A stretch of 64,000 nucleotides of DNA from Phoronis australis (taxonomy: Eukaryota; Animalia; Phoronida), in contig NMRA01000029.1 in assembly GCA_002633005.1 (NCBI GenBank), positions 760,956 through 824,955 on the forward strand, written 5' to 3'. Positions 61,201-64,000 of this stretch are shown here, piece after piece. Numbering within the stretch: the first letter of the stretch is position 1; each line of letters starts with the position of its first letter. The position numbers were made by a program, and so were the translations under genes. Under the pieces are notes generated by a model that saw only the letters and a list, made by a program, of their open reading frames with translations, was not told the DNA's origin and did no database searches.

Positions 61201-64000
61201 TGTTTAGTGTAGCAGATAACCATTCACAGTCACTTGCATGGTTTTTGTTACAGAGAAAGGGTGGATTGTGAAATCAAAGAACACTCACGCTACGAAACGC
61301 CGTAAGCACAAGGAGATATCTTGGGAAGATTTTGACGATGTGGACTACACAGATGAGGACGAATTGGACATTTCCGACGCACAGACATACAACACTCCGG
61401 ACTGGGAAAATGGTAACAGCGACGGCAGCCATTGTCAAGTCAACAACAACTATCAAAAGTTTCTAGATAGATCCAGCTACTACAAGTCACCTAAACCATT
61501 TGACACTAAAGCTAAAGTAGTCCTTGTAAGTCGTGATGATTTCCAGAAGCAGAAAGAGGTTGCATCTGAGGAGCAGCCTACTCTTTCCATCTGTTCATTT
61601 CTTGAGGAAACGGAGTCTATGTCAAGACGAGTAGGGATTCCTGTTGAGGCACTAGAGCCGGAATTCCTCAGAGCAGTTTATGGCGATCGGTACACCGAGG
61701 CTGCTTGTGTTCCCAGGCGATTCACCATTGATATGAGTGATGATGTTATTCAGTTTGCCAGGAGGATGAATTGGTTTCCACGTCCTAATTTGGAGGCATA
61801 CGTCTGCTTTGCTTGTTCAGATGAGTGGGTTGCAGAAGACGGAGTGGAGATTGTCGAGTATGCTTTTCCTGTTTGTTATCCATTAACATCATTTTTATAA
61901 TGGGAAAAGACTTTTCCTTGTGAAACCATTTCGGATCCTTGATTTTAGCCAGATTTTTTTTGAAAGTCATTAATTTTGTGAGTGTCTATAAAATTTAGGA
62001 AATTTTACCTTAAATCTGCTCTGATTTTTTGGGGAAAGCACTGTCAGTATTCTTCGTTCGCCATCTTGTGTTGTAGTGACTGACATTTGAAAGGAAAATT
62101 AGACAAGTCGCCTGATTTACGTCAGCCATTAATAAAATTGGTATGTTCCCTTTCAGTGTGAGCTTCCACAGTAATCTACACACTGCACCTTTTTGTGTGG
62201 AGACGCTGTGTGAGTTTCAAATGTACACGCCCCTGGATGTGATTGACAGTGTGTTGAAGTACCTCACGACATTACCAAAGTCATGGTAGGCTATAATCTC
62301 TGTCTCGTTTATTAGAAGTTTTATGCTTAATAATTGGTTGTCACGAAGTGAGAAAGTGTATTAAAATGTTTCTTTTTGTTTGTAATCTCATGTAAATATG
62401 TGATTCATTATCTTAAGGAAGACATTTGTGTCAAGATATCTATGTGCAAGTTTCAGCTAAAAGTTATGGCTGCAAGTTTGTGTTTCCATGGTTATCGTGA
62501 TTTGTATTAAAGAGCCATTTTTGGGTTTATGTTTACCCCAAACTTTTTTTTTAAAAGTCGGCTCCTCCAAATGAAGTGACTCGTACAAATACTCACTCCA
62601 AACAAAAATGTTTGCATTTGAAAGGCTCTTACGAGCTGGTTAATGGCCAGCCCCTGGTTTTTTTAGTTTTTAATATCAGTGGTGTTTACATGAGATATCA
62701 TAATATTATTATGTCGTTATTTTCAACTCCTTTTTTGTCTTTTTGCAGTTTTGAAAGTAAGCACCTGAGCATAAAAACACGCTCACAGAACAAGTTCACA
62801 AACTTTGACATGGTCAACTCTCTGTATGATGGAACAGTCCATAGTGAGATCCTTGGTGACATTTGCAGAAAAAGCACGAAAGAAGACAACTTCATTGTTG
62901 TAAGTATTGTCAGCTTTACGCAAACAAAATATTTCATGAAGTCGCTCTCAATCCTCATACAGTTAAAGTTGAAGTAACATACTCCATACTCAAATCATGT
63001 AGTGGCTGTGAATTTTCCAGTTGAAGGTATCAAGACAATGAACGCCATTTAATTAATCCATGTGTAATGAGGAACATTTGTCATATTAAGGGTCCAACAA
63101 AATGGGGTCAAGCCCAAAACATAAACCAAAGCAGTGGTTTATAAAAACAGCACTGCCTGCGGGTTTTAACAACATAAACTAAAGCAGTGTTGTAAGTGAC
63201 GAATTGTACTCAGTTATAGACGAATTCTAGAAAAAGCAAACTCCTTTGTCTTGGTATAATGTGTTGTATTTCATTGCAATTGTAGGATGCCAAATATGCA
63301 GTGCCTGTTGTCAAGGATGAACTCTGCTCCGTCTGCTATTCTGCTAGTATCACTAGCGCCACCTCTACAGCTCTGACCTCTTGTCTGCACTGGTTTTGTA
63401 ATGACTGCTGGAAGCGCTATCTTGTTTCAAAAGTCAGAAATGGAGCGGTCAAACTTCTCTGTCTGGTAAGTGTTGAGTGTCTTTTTGAAGTTTATGATTG
63501 ATTTTGAATCGAGCTTGACCAGTTATGTCAATGTCTCTAGATGAGTTGTGGAAAAGTACTTACTGAGAGACAAATAGAGTGAAAGTCCTCTTAGGTACCA
63601 GTTTCAAAGTTGGTCATTATGTGTTTAACCAAGTTGTTAAGAATTTTATACTTGTAATCAGTTTTAAATCTAATCTGACCAGTAAAGCCTTCATGGCTAA
63701 TTAGTAATATCGTTAAGTTATTTTTTTATTATTCGAGTCTCATCAGTCTAAACTAGACTCCATAAAATTCATTTGGTATATTTAGCAACAGCACTGCACC
63801 AAAGGTGAAAAGTGATGCTTTAGTTGGGTTGCTACTTTTATCTGCAACGTGCTGTGGTCAGCAGAATTTGATTTTAAAGTGGTCAAATATTCGTTTCTTT
63901 TTACAGGAGGCGTCTTGTGATTCTGAGGTGGACTACACAACACTGCTCTCCTTTGTGCCATTTCGTCTTGTAGGTGTCTATTTCCAACAACAGGTGGCGT
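58223..64000 (+). CDS. RBR-type (Ariadne-like RING1) E3 ubiquitin ligase with long uncharacterised N-terminus; 3'-partial
   Basis: Exons 58223-58375, 58924-59299, 61254-61857, 62157-62285, 62749-62899, 63286-63465, 63907->64000 join in frame with GT-AG. RING1: CSVC..x15..CLHWFCNDCWKRYL..CLEASC..VDYTTLLSFV, in the Ariadne/RBR style. IBR and RING2 would lie beyond the window, so RBR status is inferred. Confidence 0.8.
58745..58840. mobile_element. ~95-bp hairpin MITE, copy 4 of 4 (diverged)
   Basis: ATAATGTGCTC..TTTCAAGAACCAG..GTTATTCTG..AAACTGGTTCTTAAAATG..GCACATTAT. Confidence 0.55.
59323..60696. mobile_element. Non-autonomous Tc1/mariner (pogo/Tigger-like) element
   Basis: TA|CCGTACTCGCCGTAATAACTGCCCA ... 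TGGGCGGTTATTACGGCGAATACGG|TA: 25-bp TIR with 2 mismatches and TA target duplication; subterminal GGGCGCTTA motifs; no long ORF. Confidence 0.9.

Noticed and set aside
63286-64000. Naming the RING gene ARIH1 or ARIH2
   Set aside because: RING1 is Ariadne-like, but the long N-terminus does not resemble either gene and the rest lies outside the window.

Overview
Eukaryotic, intron-rich, AT-rich genomic DNA, probably from a bilaterian invertebrate (taxon not determinable from this window). Hand-splicing with GT-AG and phase checks gives five protein-coding genes on alternating strands. (+) A signal-peptide, 4x thrombospondin type-1 (TSP1) repeat protein with a GPI-type C-terminus (about 5008-11456). 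(-) SUCLG2, the GDP-forming succinyl-CoA ligase beta subunit (11 exons, 425 aa, 12960-26597). (+) DMTF1 (15 coding exons, about 666 aa, 30840-41662), head-to-head with SUCLG2. (-) TMEM243 (4 exons, 127 aa, 46107-56998), tail-to-tail with DMTF1 as in human and almost invisible in the ORF track. (+) An Ariadne-like RBR E3 ligase with an unrecognised ~480-aa N-terminus, running off the right edge. Introns hold many non-autonomous DNA transposons (hAT, Tc1/mariner-pogo, PIF/Harbinger-like MITEs, a piggyBac end), a THAP remnant and minisatellites. Two single-N joins are flanked by duplications that look like uncollapsed haplotypes, one apparently capturing a heterozygous piggyBac insertion. No CRISPR array, rRNA or intact tRNA was seen. 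I cannot demonstrate a wholly new system; the best leads are the orphan-N-terminus RBR ligase, the DMTF1-TMEM243 convergent pair and the GPI-anchored TSP1 protein. All homology calls are from recalled sequences, not database searches.
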